Sequence record: MH051916
Length of the DNA stretch: 64,000 nucleotides
Source: Enterobacteria phage vB_EcoM_IME340
Strand: one strand, 5' to 3'
The position numbers and the translations under genes are program-made. Below the pieces are notes generated by a model. That model saw nothing but the letters and a program-made list of their open reading frames with translations. It ran no database searches and was not told the origin of the DNA. This document shows positions 48,108-57,309 of this stretch, piece by piece (positions within the stretch are counted from its first letter, which is position 1; each line of letters begins with the position of its first letter).

Positions 48108-48848
48108 ATGATTAATGACTCTATGACAGTTGAAGAAATCCGTCTTCATTTGGGAATTGCATTAAAGGAAAAAGATTTCGTAATTGATAAAACCGGTGTT
48201 AAAACTATTGAAATTATTGGCGCATCATTTGTAGCAGATGAACCTTTTATTTTTGGTGCTCTTAATGACGAATACATTCAGCGTGAACTTGAATGGTATA
48301 AGTCTCAAAGTTTGTTTGTTAAAGATATTCCAGGTGAAACACCAAAGATTTGGCAGCAGGTAGCATCTTCTAAAGGCGAAATTAACTCGAATTATGGTTG
48401 GGCCATCTGGTCAGAAGATAACTATGCCCAGTATGATATGTGTTTAGCTGAACTTGGTCAAAATCCTGATTCTCGACGTGGTATCATGATTTATACTCGT
48501 CCATCCATGCAGTTTGACTACAACAAAGATGGTATGTCAGATTTCATGTGTACGAATACAGTACAGTACCTGATTCGTGATAAGAAAGTCAATGCAGTGG
48601 TTAACATGCGTTCAAATGACGTGGTCTTCGGATTCCGTAATGATTATGCATGGCAAAAATACGTAATAGATAAATTAGTATCTGATTTGAATGCAGGTGA
48701 TTCAACTCGCCAGTATAAAGCAGGTTCTATTATATGGAATGTCGGAAGCCTTCATGTGTATTCTCGTCATTTTTATTTGGTTGACCATTGGTGGAAAACT
48801 GGCGAAACTCATATTGCGAAAAAAGATTATAACGGTGAGTGGAAATGA
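48108..48848 (+). CDS. 42: dCMP hydroxymethylase
   Basis: 246 aa; MI.DSMTVEEIRLHLG..KTGVKTIEIIGASFVADEPFIFGALNDEYIQRELEWYKS.. matches remembered T4 gp42. Confidence 0.9.
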   Translation: MINDSMTVEEIRLHLGIALKEKDFVIDKTGVKTIEIIGASFVADEPFIFGALNDEYIQRELEWYKSQSLFVKDIPGETPKIWQQVASSKGEINSNYGWAIWSEDNYAQYDMCLAELGQNPDSRRGIMIYTRPSMQFDYNKDGMSDFMCTNTVQYLIRDKKVNAVVNMRSNDVVFGFRNDYAWQKYVIDKLVSDLNAGDSTRQYKAGSIIWNVGSLHVYSRHFYLVDHWWKTGETHIAKKDYNGEWK

Positions 48849-49687
48849 TTCAATTCGTAATTCCAAGCTATCAACGCGTAGGGGCAGTTTCTGCCCTTGA
48901 TATGTTTCCGACTGATTATGAACCTCATATTGTAGTACGTGAACACGAAGAAAAAGCTTATTATGACGCTTATGGGTCTAGAGCTAAAATTGTAGTTATT
49001 CCCGATGATGTAAATGGAATTGCTGGAACTCGTAAAGCAATTACTGATATGTATGCAGGTCAACGAATTTGGATGATTGATGATGATACTACTATTCGTA
49101 TGAGTTCAATGCGAAAGAAAGATGATCGTCGCTGCGTAGATAAAATTAATCAGTTAACCCGTGAGCAGTTCTATGAATTGATTCAATACGTTGAAGATGC
49201 CATGGATTGCGGGTATTATCATGGTCATGCTCGTCTACCAATTTTTAAAATTACTTCATCTTGGGGTAATTATCGTGAAAATTCATATGGATTCACGAAT
49301 ACATGGTATGATTTAGGAAAACTTACAACAGAACAAATTGGGTATGGAAAAATTGATTTATGCGAAGATATGTATGCATTTCTCAATTTAATTAATCAAG
49401 GTTATCCACATTTGGCCTTGTTCAAATATCTGGTTGTATCCGGAAAAGCACAAGCTCCTGGCGGATGCAGCTCAATTCGTAGTAATTCTAAACATAATAG
49501 AGCGCTTGAGCAAATCAATAGAGAATTTCCAGAGCAAGCTCGTTGGAAAACATCGAATATTGAAAAGAGAAAATCGTTGGGTGAAGAAGATGAGCCATTA
49601 AAGGTTCTTCGCATGTGTGTTTCGCGCAAAGAAAAATCAGAAGCGTTTCATAAGTTTAATGCTATTCATCCAATAGCAGTTGATTAA
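48845..49687 (+). CDS. putative DNA-modifying glycosyltransferase occupying the T4 beta-gt locus (not T4 beta-gt-like)
   Basis: ATG 48845 overlaps gene 42 stop (ATGA); 280 aa with DDD motif (IWMIDDDTT); position between 42 and uvsX; sequence unlike remembered T4 beta-gt. Confidence 0.5.
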   Translation: MIQFVIPSYQRVGAVSALDMFPTDYEPHIVVREHEEKAYYDAYGSRAKIVVIPDDVNGIAGTRKAITDMYAGQRIWMIDDDTTIRMSSMRKKDDRRCVDKINQLTREQFYELIQYVEDAMDCGYYHGHARLPIFKITSSWGNYRENSYGFTNTWYDLGKLTTEQIGYGKIDLCEDMYAFLNLINQGYPHLALFKYLVVSGKAQAPGGCSSIRSNSKHNRALEQINREFPEQARWKTSNIEKRKSLGEEDEPLKVLRMCVSRKEKSEAFHKFNAIHPIAVD

Positions 49688-49764
49688 TGCCTAAATTTAT
49701 TGTGTTATAATTACCCTATCTTTAACCAGTGAGGAAAATATAATGATGCCTATGGAAAAAATGA

Positions 49765-50946
49765 ATGTCTATTGCAGATTTAAAATCCCGTTTGATTAAA
49801 GCTTCCACTTCTAAAATGACTGCTGAACTGACTACATCTAAATTCTTTAATGAAAAGGATGTAATCCGTACAAAAATCCCAATGCTTAATATTGCTATTT
49901 CCGGTGCGATTGATGGTGGTATGCAGTCTGGTTTAACCATTTTTGCAGGTCCTTCTAAACACTTTAAATCAAATATGTCTTTGACTATGGTTGCGGCGTA
50001 TTTGAACAAATATCCTGATGCAGTTTGTCTATTTTATGATAGCGAATTTGGTATCACTCCAGCTTATTTGCGATCCATGGGAGTTGACCCGGAACGAGTA
50101 ATTCATACACCAATTCAGTCAGTTGAACAACTGAAAATTGATATGGTGAATCAGCTTGAAGCTATCGAGCGTGGTGAAAAAGTTATTGTATTCATCGACT
50201 CAATCGGTAATATGGCTTCTAAGAAAGAAACGGAAGATGCCTTGAATGAAAAATCTGTGGCAGATATGACTCGTGCTAAATCACTGAAGTCATTATTCCG
50301 TATTGTTACTCCTTATTTTAGTATTAAAAACATTCCATGTGTTGCGGTTAACCATACAATTGAAACAATTGAAATGTTTAGTAAAACCGTGATGACAGGC
50401 GGTACAGGCGTAATGTATTCGGCTGATACTGTATTCATTATCGGTAAGCGCCAGATTAAAGATGGTTCTGATCTTCAGGGGTATCAATTTGTTCTAAATG
50501 TAGAAAAATCTCGTACCGTTAAAGAAAAAAGTAAATTCTTTATTGATGTTAAATTTGACGGTGGTATCGATCCTTATTCTGGATTGTTAGATATGGCTCT
50601 TGAATTAGGATTTGTAGTAAAACCTAAAAATGGTTGGTATGCTCGTGAATTTCTTGATGAAGAAACCGGCGAGATGATTCGCGAAGAAAAATCTTGGCGC
50701 GCAAAAGATACTAATTGCACTACATTCTGGGGTCCTTTATTTAAACATCAGCCATTCCGAGATGCTATTAAACGTGCTTATCAATTAGGTGCTATTGATA
50801 GTAATGAAATTGTTGAAGCTGAAGTTGATGAATTGATTAACTCAAAGGTTGAAAAATTTAAATCTCCAGAAAGTAAAAGTAAATCAGCAGCTGATTTAGA
50901 AACTGACCTAGATCAGTTAAGTGATATGGAAGAATTTAATGAATAA
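49765..50946 (+). CDS. uvsX: recombinase UvsX (RecA-like)
   Basis: 393 aa; Walker A GPSKHFKS; long stretches match remembered T4 UvsX. Confidence 0.95.
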   Translation: MSIADLKSRLIKASTSKMTAELTTSKFFNEKDVIRTKIPMLNIAISGAIDGGMQSGLTIFAGPSKHFKSNMSLTMVAAYLNKYPDAVCLFYDSEFGITPAYLRSMGVDPERVIHTPIQSVEQLKIDMVNQLEAIERGEKVIVFIDSIGNMASKKETEDALNEKSVADMTRAKSLKSLFRIVTPYFSIKNIPCVAVNHTIETIEMFSKTVMTGGTGVMYSADTVFIIGKRQIKDGSDLQGYQFVLNVEKSRTVKEKSKFFIDVKFDGGIDPYSGLLDMALELGFVVKPKNGWYAREFLDEETGEMIREEKSWRAKDTNCTTFWGPLFKHQPFRDAIKRAYQLGAIDSNEIVEAEVDELINSKVEKFKSPESKSKSAADLETDLDQLSDMEEFNE

Positions 50947-51277
50947 AGATGATTTAGATTTAGAAATTATCGACGAATCCCCCTCTTCGGAGGGGGAAGA
51001 AGAAAGAAAAGAACGTCTTTTTAATGAATCTCTTAAGATAATTAAATCTGCCATGGAAAATGTTATCCAGGAGATTGTCATTAAACTAGAAGATGGTTCT
51101 ACACACATTGTGTATGTGACAAAATTAGATTGGGTTGATGGAAAAGTCGTAATGGACTTTGCTGTTCTTGACCAAGAAAGAAAAGCTGAGTTAGCTCCTC
51201 ATGTAGAAAAATGTATTACAATGCAACTACAAGATGCATTTAATAAAAGGTCAAAGAAAAAATTTAAATTCTTTTAA
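50939..51277 (+). CDS. 40: head vertex assembly chaperone gp40
   Basis: ATG 50939 overlapping uvsX 3' end; position between uvsX and 41. Confidence 0.65.
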   Translation: MNKDDLDLEIIDESPSSEGEEERKERLFNESLKIIKSAMENVIQEIVIKLEDGSTHIVYVTKLDWVDGKVVMDFAVLDQERKAELAPHVEKCITMQLQDAFNKRSKKKFKFF

Positions 51278-51286
51278 GGAGTAAGT

Positions 51287-52714
51287 GTGGTAGAAATTAT
51301 TCTTTCTCATCTCATATTTGATCAAGCTTATTTTTCAAAAGTTTGGCCATATATGGATTCAGAATATTTTGAAAGTGGTCCAGCTAAAAATACATTCAAA
51401 TTAATTAAATCTCATGTTAATGAGTATCATAGCGTTCCATCTATTAATGCGTTAAATGTTGCATTAGAAAATAGTTCATTTACTGAAACAGAATATTCTG
51501 GTGTAAAAACACTTATTTCAAAACTAGCCGATTCTCCAGAAGACCACAGCTGGTTAGTAAAAGAAACAGAAAAATATGTTCAGCAAAGGGCGATGTTTAA
51601 TGCTACGTCTAAAATAATTGAAATTCAAACTAATGCTGAGCTTCCTCCGGAAAAACGAAATAAGAAAATGCCGGATGTTGGTGCTATTCCTGACATCATG
51701 CGCCAAGCATTATCAATTTCATTTGATAGCTATGTTGGCCATGATTGGATGGATGACTATGAAGCACGTTGGCTATCTTATATGAATAAAGCTCGTAAGG
51801 TTCCATTTAGACTCAAAATTCTAAATAAAATTACTAAAGGCGGAGCTGAGACTGGAACACTGAACGTTTTAATGGCTGGTGTTAACGTCGGTAAGTCATT
51901 AGGTCTGTGTTCATTGGCAGCAGATTATTTACAGCTCGGTCATAATGTTCTTTACATTTCAATGGAAATGGCAGAAGAAGTCTGTGCTAAACGTATTGAC
52001 GCTAATATGCTCGATGTTTCTCTTGATGACATTGATGATGGGCATATTTCTTACGCTGAATATAAAGGAAAAATGGAAAAATGGCGTGAGAAATCTACTC
52101 TCGGCCGTTTAATCGTTAAACAGTATCCTACTGGTGGAGCAGACGCTAATACATTTCGATCGCTTTTAAACGAATTGAAGCTCAAGAAGAATTTTGTTCC
52201 AACAATCATTATTGTCGACTATCTAGGTATATGTAAATCTTGCCGCATCAGAGTTTACTCAGAAAATAGTTACACAACTGTTAAAGCTATCGCAGAGGAA
52301 TTGCGTGCTCTGGCTGTTGAAACCGAAACTGTTCTTTGGACTGCAGCACAGGTTGGTAAGCAAGCTTGGGATTCTTCTGATGTTAACATGAGCGATATTG
52401 CAGAATCCGCCGGTCTTCCAGCAACAGCCGATTTTATGCTTGCGGTCATTGAAACCGAGGAGTTAGCAGCTGCTGAACAACAACTCATTAAGCAAATTAA
52501 ATCACGATATGGTGATAAGAATAAATGGAATAAGTTTTTGATGGGTGTTCAAAAAGGAAATCAGAAATGGGTAGAAATTGAACAAGATTCTACTCCAACT
52601 GAAGTGAACGAAGTAGCAGGTTCACAACAGATACAAGCTGAGCAGAATCGCTATCAAAGAAATGAATCTACTCGAGCTCAGTTAGATGCTTTAGCAAATG
52701 AATTAAAATTTTAG
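51287..52714 (+). CDS. 41: replicative DNA helicase gp41 (DnaB-like)
   Basis: GTG start after AAGGAG; Walker A GVNVGKS; 475 aa. Confidence 0.9.
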   Translation: MVEIILSHLIFDQAYFSKVWPYMDSEYFESGPAKNTFKLIKSHVNEYHSVPSINALNVALENSSFTETEYSGVKTLISKLADSPEDHSWLVKETEKYVQQRAMFNATSKIIEIQTNAELPPEKRNKKMPDVGAIPDIMRQALSISFDSYVGHDWMDDYEARWLSYMNKARKVPFRLKILNKITKGGAETGTLNVLMAGVNVGKSLGLCSLAADYLQLGHNVLYISMEMAEEVCAKRIDANMLDVSLDDIDDGHISYAEYKGKMEKWREKSTLGRLIVKQYPTGGADANTFRSLLNELKLKKNFVPTIIIVDYLGICKSCRIRVYSENSYTTVKAIAEELRALAVETETVLWTAAQVGKQAWDSSDVNMSDIAESAGLPATADFMLAVIETEELAAAEQQLIKQIKSRYGDKNKWNKFLMGVQKGNQKWVEIEQDSTPTEVNEVAGSQQIQAEQNRYQRNESTRAQLDALANELKF

Positions 52715-52745
52715 TTTACAAGCTGACAAGACTATGGTATAGTAG
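52714..52745 (+). promoter_or_regulatory. sigma70-type early promoter
   Basis: GTTTAC 52714-52719, -10 TATAGT 52738-52743. Confidence 0.55.
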
Positions 52746-52772
52746 TCTTGTTGGTTAAATGTGGAGATTGTT

Positions 52773-52964
52773 ATGGAATTAGCAAAGATTGTTTTTATTG
52801 GCTGGTTTGAAAATGGTAATATGTTTACCAAAGAAATTACTATGGATGTGTCTGATAAAGATCAAATTCTATGGGTCACTTCACAACTTGCTGAAGTTAA
52901 TAAAGCTTTAGTTAAAGCATTTGTTAATGATAAAAAAGTTTTTGAATCTGATTGGCGAGGGTAA
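52773..52964 (+). CDS. dmd: Dmd (discriminator of mRNA degradation; antitoxin against RnlA/LsoA)
   Basis: ATG 52773; small protein immediately after gene 41 as in T4; MELAKIVFIGWFENG.. Confidence 0.7.
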   Translation: MELAKIVFIGWFENGNMFTKEITMDVSDKDQILWVTSQLAEVNKALVKAFVNDKKVFESDWRG

Positions 52965-52965
52965 T

Positions 52966-53208
52966 ATGCATACGGTTTTATTTAAACCTACTCCGTATAA
53001 CGTCAGGAAAAATACTCAATTCAAAGCACTTATTGCAGATACGTGGGAATTGGTGTTAGATATTCCAGCAGAAGAAAGTCCTCCATTTGGTCGAGTGGAA
53101 TTTATTAAGTTTGCTGTGCGCCCTACGAAGCGACAGATTCGTCAATGCAAAAGATACTTTCGTAAAATAGTCAAGTTAGAGAAACAGTTATTGATGCTAG
53201 TAAAATAG
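52966..53208 (+). CDS. hypothetical protein (61.4 position)
   Basis: ATG 52966 after GAGGGTAAT; 80 aa. Confidence 0.5.
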   Translation: MHTVLFKPTPYNVRKNTQFKALIADTWELVLDIPAEESPPFGRVEFIKFAVRPTKRQIRQCKRYFRKIVKLEKQLLMLVK

Positions 53209-53210
53209 TA

Positions 53211-53242
53211 GTTTACAAGCTGATAGAGTTGTGTTATAGTAA
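53211..53242 (+). promoter_or_regulatory. sigma70-type early promoter
   Basis: GTTTAC 53211-53216, -10 TATAGT 53235-53240. Confidence 0.55.
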
Positions 53243-53271
53243 TTCTATCAGCTAATCGCGGAGAAAAGAAA

Positions 53272-53526
53272 ATGATGCTAGTTAATAGAGAATATCAGTT
53301 TAAATCAGAAGAAGATTTGGAAAAATTCGCAAGTGGTTGTGAACTGAATAGACGCACAGCTAAAGTCATAGGATTAAAACCCTTTACAGTTCTAGATTGT
53401 GAAGTTTCTAAATTCCGCAGAGGGTGTTCTATTAGCGGTCATGCTCTGGTTGATGGGAACACATTTTTCTTTGTTTTTAGCGTCAGAGAACTTTTATTGA
53501 TTAACGAACTTGAGGAAATAAAATAG
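53272..53526 (+). CDS. hypothetical protein
   Basis: 84 aa ORF. Confidence 0.5.
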   Translation: MMLVNREYQFKSEEDLEKFASGCELNRRTAKVIGLKPFTVLDCEVSKFRRGCSISGHALVDGNTFFFVFSVRELLLINELEEIK

Positions 53527-53557
53527 TTTACTTTTGTTAGAAATTGAGATACTATAT
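53526..53557 (+). promoter_or_regulatory. sigma70-type early promoter
   Basis: GTTTAC 53526-53531, -10 TACTAT 53550-53555. Confidence 0.5.
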
Positions 53558-53583
53558 AAACATAAACTACTGGGGAGATTATC

Positions 53584-53877
53584 ATGAAAAAATTTGTTTT
53601 TGCTGCAATTTTTGCTTTAGCTTCTTGTGCTGCTCAGCCTGCTATGGCAGGTTATGATAAAGATTTGTGCGAATGGTCTATGACTGCAGATCAGACTGAG
53701 GTTGAAACTCAGATTGAAGCAGATATTATGAATATCGTTGAGCGTGATCGCCCTGAAATGAAAGCTGAAGTACAAAAACAGCTTAAGTCTGGTGGTGTAA
53801 TGCAGTATAATTACGTTCTGTATTGTGATAAAAACTTCAATAATAAAAATATCATCGCTGAAGTGGTAGGTGAATAA
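53584..53877 (+). CDS. sp: Spackle (Sp) periplasmic superinfection-exclusion protein
   Basis: 97 aa with signal peptide; MKKF.FA.IFALASCAAQPAMAGYDKDLCEWSMTADQTEVETQIEADIMNIV.. matches remembered T4 Sp. Confidence 0.85.
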   Translation: MKKFVFAAIFALASCAAQPAMAGYDKDLCEWSMTADQTEVETQIEADIMNIVERDRPEMKAEVQKQLKSGGVMQYNYVLYCDKNFNNKNIIAEVVGE

Positions 53878-53889
53878 TTAGAGGTTAGT

Positions 53890-54246
53890 ATGTATAGTTC
53901 TGAATTTTCATATTTAAAAATGGAAAAAATTTCATACGATTTTATAGATGAAAAGGTTTATTACAGTTTCCATGAACCACGTTTTAATAGTGAGGTTGGG
54001 TTTATTGTAGTAAAAGACAATTTTATTTTAAAAATATATTCGGCGTTAAAGGATTTTCACTACGAAAATATTAACCTAAAATTTGATAAAGAAAACGTTC
54101 GAAATTGTGCAGTAACAATTACAGGAAATAAAGATACATGTGTTATGCTATCTGATGAAATTAATGATTTGCTAAATGACGCAGAAAGGGTTGCTATTCC
54201 ATCAATTGATGACCAAATTTTTAATGCTTTTATGAATAGAGGTTAA
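53890..54246 (+). CDS. hypothetical protein (61.2 position)
   Basis: 118 aa ORF. Confidence 0.5.
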   Translation: MYSSEFSYLKMEKISYDFIDEKVYYSFHEPRFNSEVGFIVVKDNFILKIYSALKDFHYENINLKFDKENVRNCAVTITGNKDTCVMLSDEINDLLNDAERVAIPSIDDQIFNAFMNRG

Positions 54247-54247
54247 T

Positions 54248-54412
54248 ATGAAAACATATAAAGAATTTATCAAAGAAGATATGGTAGCTGGAGATTCAGG
54301 TGGTAATCCTGAAAATATCTCTACTGGAACAACGTCAGGTGCTGTAGTAAATAAAGGTCCTGAACAGATTCCTAAAAAGAAAAAAGAGGAATCTAAAGAA
54401 AAAGAAGAGTAA
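54248..54412 (+). CDS. small protein with internal-protein-like N-terminus (MKTYKEFIKE), 54 aa
   Basis: ATG after GAGGTTAAT; capsid-targeting-like N-terminus; Gly/Lys-rich tail. Confidence 0.4.
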   Translation: MKTYKEFIKEDMVAGDSGGNPENISTGTTSGAVVNKGPEQIPKKKKEESKEKEE

Positions 54413-54414
54413 AA

Positions 54415-55443
54415 ATGTCATCAATACCTTGGATTGATAATGAGTTTGCATACCGTGCATTAGCTCATTTACCTAAATTCACACAAGTAAATAATAGTTC
54501 AACTTTTAAATTACGGTTTAGATGTCCTGTTTGTGGAGATTCAAAAACCGACCAAAATAAAGCCCGTGGATGGTATTACGGTGATAATAATGAAGGAAAT
54601 ATTCATTGTTATAACTGTAACTATCATGCACCAATCGGAATATATTTAAAGGAGTTTGAACCTGATTTATATCGTGAGTATATCTTTGAAATAAGAAAAG
54701 AAAAAGGTAAAAGTCGTCCAGTAGAAAAACCTAAAGAACTTCCTAAACAACCCGAGAAGAAAATAATTAAATCTCTTCCGTCATGCATTAGATTAGATAA
54801 ACTGACGGAAGACCATCCAATTATAAAATACGTAAAAGCTCGCTGTATTCCAAAGGATAAATGGAAATATCTTTGGTTTACAACTGAATGGCCTAAATTA
54901 GTTAATAGTATAGCACCAGGAACATATAAAAAGGAAATACCTGAGTCTCGTCTTGTTATTCCAATTTATAATGTTAATGGAAAAGCTGAGTCTTTTCAAG
55001 GACGTGCATTAAAGAAAGATGCTCCTCAAAAATATATCACCATCAAAGCTTATCCTGAGGCAACAAAAATCTATGGTGTTGAACGGGTTAAAGACGGTGA
55101 TGTATATGTTCTAGAAGGACCTATAGATTCGCTTTTTATTGAAAATGGTATAGCTATTACAGGCGGTCAATTAGACCTAGAAATTGTTCCATTTAAAGAT
55201 AGACGTGTATGGGTTTTAGATAATGAACCTCGTCATCCTGACACTATTAAGCGAATGACTAAATTAGTTGATGCAGGAGAAAGAGTTATGTTTTGGGATA
55301 AATCTCCCTGGAAATCAAAAGATGTTAATGATATGATTAGAAAGGAAGGTGCAACCCCTGAACAAATTATGGAATATATGAAAAATAATATTGCCCAGGG
55401 GTTGATGGCTAAAATGCGGTTATCTAAATATGCTAAGATTTAA
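54415..55443 (+). CDS. 61: DNA primase gp61
   Basis: 342 aa; N-terminal zinc ribbon CPVCGDS..CYNCNYH; Toprim-like core. Confidence 0.9.
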   Translation: MSSIPWIDNEFAYRALAHLPKFTQVNNSSTFKLRFRCPVCGDSKTDQNKARGWYYGDNNEGNIHCYNCNYHAPIGIYLKEFEPDLYREYIFEIRKEKGKSRPVEKPKELPKQPEKKIIKSLPSCIRLDKLTEDHPIIKYVKARCIPKDKWKYLWFTTEWPKLVNSIAPGTYKKEIPESRLVIPIYNVNGKAESFQGRALKKDAPQKYITIKAYPEATKIYGVERVKDGDVYVLEGPIDSLFIENGIAITGGQLDLEIVPFKDRRVWVLDNEPRHPDTIKRMTKLVDAGERVMFWDKSPWKSKDVNDMIRKEGATPEQIMEYMKNNIAQGLMAKMRLSKYAKI

Positions 55444-55640
55444 ATTAACCCAACTAAAGCAAATGCTAAATCTACGAATGTATCAAGAGTAACTACTGGA
55501 ATATTAATACCATGCGCAATAGCAACTGGCGATAAAACAAAATTCCAAAGTAAAATTCCTATCATAGCAGAAATAGTAAAAGCTATACGTTTTTTATTAC
55601 CTTTGATGGCATTAACAAGTGCCATTAATTTTTGTACCAT
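55440..55640 (-). CDS. small membrane protein on the opposite strand
   Basis: 66 aa, two hydrophobic helices; strong SD (AGGAGG 5 nt upstream of ATG on minus strand); converges on gene 61. Confidence 0.6.
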   Translation of the reverse strand: MVQKLMALVNAIKGNKKRIAFTISAMIGILLWNFVLSPVAIAHGINIPVVTLDTFVDLAFALVGLI

Positions 55641-55710
55641 ATGTCCTCCTTATTGCTTTATATATTTATTGTATAATTAATCTACTAATCCATGAATTGA
55701 AAGGATATAT

Positions 55711-56361
55711 GTGAATTACCAAAAAATTTACTCGGCTTTAATTACAAAAGCTAAATGCCGGCATCTTGGCGGATATAAAGAACGCCATCATATAATTCCT
55801 AGATGTATGGGAGGAACAGATGGCAAAAACAATCTTGTTGAGTTAACTGCGCGTGAGCATTTTATAGCTCATAGATTATTAACTAAAATATATCCAGATG
55901 TGAGAGGATTGCATTATGCTGTAAATTTAATGCGATATAATAAAGGTGTTAAATTAACAAGTAGATTAATAGAAACCCTTAAAATCCAAAACTCCGTTCT
56001 TTTCTCGGGTGAAAATAATCCTAGATATGGCAAGCCGTCATGGATTAAAGGCAAAAAGACCCCAGAAGAAACTAAAGCCAAAATGCGTCTAGCTCATAAA
56101 GGTAAAATTATATCCGATGAAGCCAAGGCTAATATGAGTAAAGCCCGAAAAGGAAGATTTAGCGGTAAAAATTCACCTCGATATGGTTTACCAAATCCTA
56201 GGCGAGGAGAAATATGGAATAGTTATGATGCGCTTTATGAATTATGGGTTTATAATAATAGACCTAAACGCACAAAATTTAATAAAATAGCTGTCAAGGC
56301 AGGTTATCCTAATATCTGCTATAGACATATGATAGAAAACTTCATAAGAAAGGAAAAATAA
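55711..56361 (+). CDS. HNH homing-endonuclease-like protein
   Basis: GTG start after AAGGA; HNH motif ERHHIIPRCMGGTDGKNNLVELTAREHFIAH; repeated GxNNPRYGK DNA-binding modules. Confidence 0.75.
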   Translation: MNYQKIYSALITKAKCRHLGGYKERHHIIPRCMGGTDGKNNLVELTAREHFIAHRLLTKIYPDVRGLHYAVNLMRYNKGVKLTSRLIETLKIQNSVLFSGENNPRYGKPSWIKGKKTPEETKAKMRLAHKGKIISDEAKANMSKARKGRFSGKNSPRYGLPNPRRGEIWNSYDALYELWVYNNRPKRTKFNKIAVKAGYPNICYRHMIENFIRKEK

Positions 56362-56362
56362 C

Positions 56363-56881
56363 ATGCCACATTTCAACGAATGTAGTCAACTGATCGCTGG
56401 TGCAGATAAAGCTCAAAATGAATATTGGGATATTCTCGGTGACGAAAAAGACCCGCTGCAGGTTATGCTTGATATGCAGAAATCTCTACAGGTTCGTTTA
56501 GCTAAAGATAAACCTGAATATAATCGTCATCCTGATGATTTGGCTACTGCTGGTGAAGTTGTTGATTGGCTGCGTAATCAGAAAGATTATATTGACGATG
56601 AATTCCGTGAACTTCTGACATCTCTTGGTGGTATGAGCAATGGCGAAAAAGATGCATCTGCTGTATGGAAGCCTTGGAAAGCTCAACATGGTGAACGTCG
56701 TGAAACTCTGATTACTGATTTGTCTCCACAAGACCAGTTGGAAATTAAATTCGAAATGATTGATATTCTTCATTTCGTTCTGAACATGTTCCAAGGTCTT
56801 GGTCTTACGGCTGAAGAAATCTTTAAACTTTATTATCTGAAAAATGCTGAAAACTTCGCTCGTCAAGACCGAGGTTATTAA
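56363..56881 (+). CDS. 56: dCTPase/dUTPase gp56
   Basis: 172 aa; ..NEYWDILGDEKDPLQVMLDMQ.. and C-terminal ..EEIFKLYYLKN.ENFARQDRGY match remembered T4 gp56. Confidence 0.9.
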   Translation: MPHFNECSQLIAGADKAQNEYWDILGDEKDPLQVMLDMQKSLQVRLAKDKPEYNRHPDDLATAGEVVDWLRNQKDYIDDEFRELLTSLGGMSNGEKDASAVWKPWKAQHGERRETLITDLSPQDQLEIKFEMIDILHFVLNMFQGLGLTAEEIFKLYYLKNAENFARQDRGY

Positions 56882-56925
56882 TAGCTCGTTTATTTAAACG
56901 ACGACTTAAAAGCCGCGAGAATTAT

Positions 56926-56933
56926 TATAAATA
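56926..56933 (+). promoter_or_regulatory. late promoter TATAAATA upstream of soc
   Basis: Exact TATAAATA 31 bp upstream of soc ATG. Confidence 0.65.
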
Positions 56934-56963
56934 ATCATGTAATTTAAATAAAAGGAGAATTAC

Positions 56964-57209
56964 ATGGCTAGTACTCGCGGTTATGTTAATATCAAAACGT
57001 TTGAGCAGAAATTAGATGGAAATAAGAAAATTGAAGGAAAGGAAATTTCTGTAGCTTTCCCTCTTTATTCTGACGTTCACAAAATTTCTGGCGCTCATTA
57101 CCAGACATTCCCTTCAGAAAAAGCAGCATATACTACTGTATATGAAGAAAATCAACGTACTGAATGGATTGCTGCAAACGAAGATTTGTGGAAAGTAACT
57201 GGCGGTTAA
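56964..57209 (+). CDS. soc: small outer capsid protein Soc
   Basis: 81 aa; MASTRGYVNIKTFEQKLDGNKKIEGKEISVAFPLYSDVHKISGAHYQTFPSEKAAYTTVYEENQRTEWIAANEDLWKVTGG. Confidence 0.95.
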   Translation: MASTRGYVNIKTFEQKLDGNKKIEGKEISVAFPLYSDVHKISGAHYQTFPSEKAAYTTVYEENQRTEWIAANEDLWKVTGG

Positions 57210-57215
57210 TAATTC

Positions 57216-57243
57216 AAGGACTCCTGAAGGAGTCCTTTTTTTT
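57216..57243 (+). terminator. rho-independent terminator
   Basis: AAGGACTCC-TGAA-GGAGTCCTT followed by a 7-8 T run. Confidence 0.85.
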
Positions 57244-57253
57244 CATTTAAACG

Positions 57254-57285
57254 GTTTACTTTCCAAAACAAGTATGGTATAATAA
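57254..57285 (+). promoter_or_regulatory. sigma70-type early promoter
   Basis: GTTTAC 57254-57259, -10 TGGTATAAT ending 57283. Confidence 0.6.
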
Positions 57286-57309
57286 AATTATCTTATAGAG
57301 GAGAGCACC

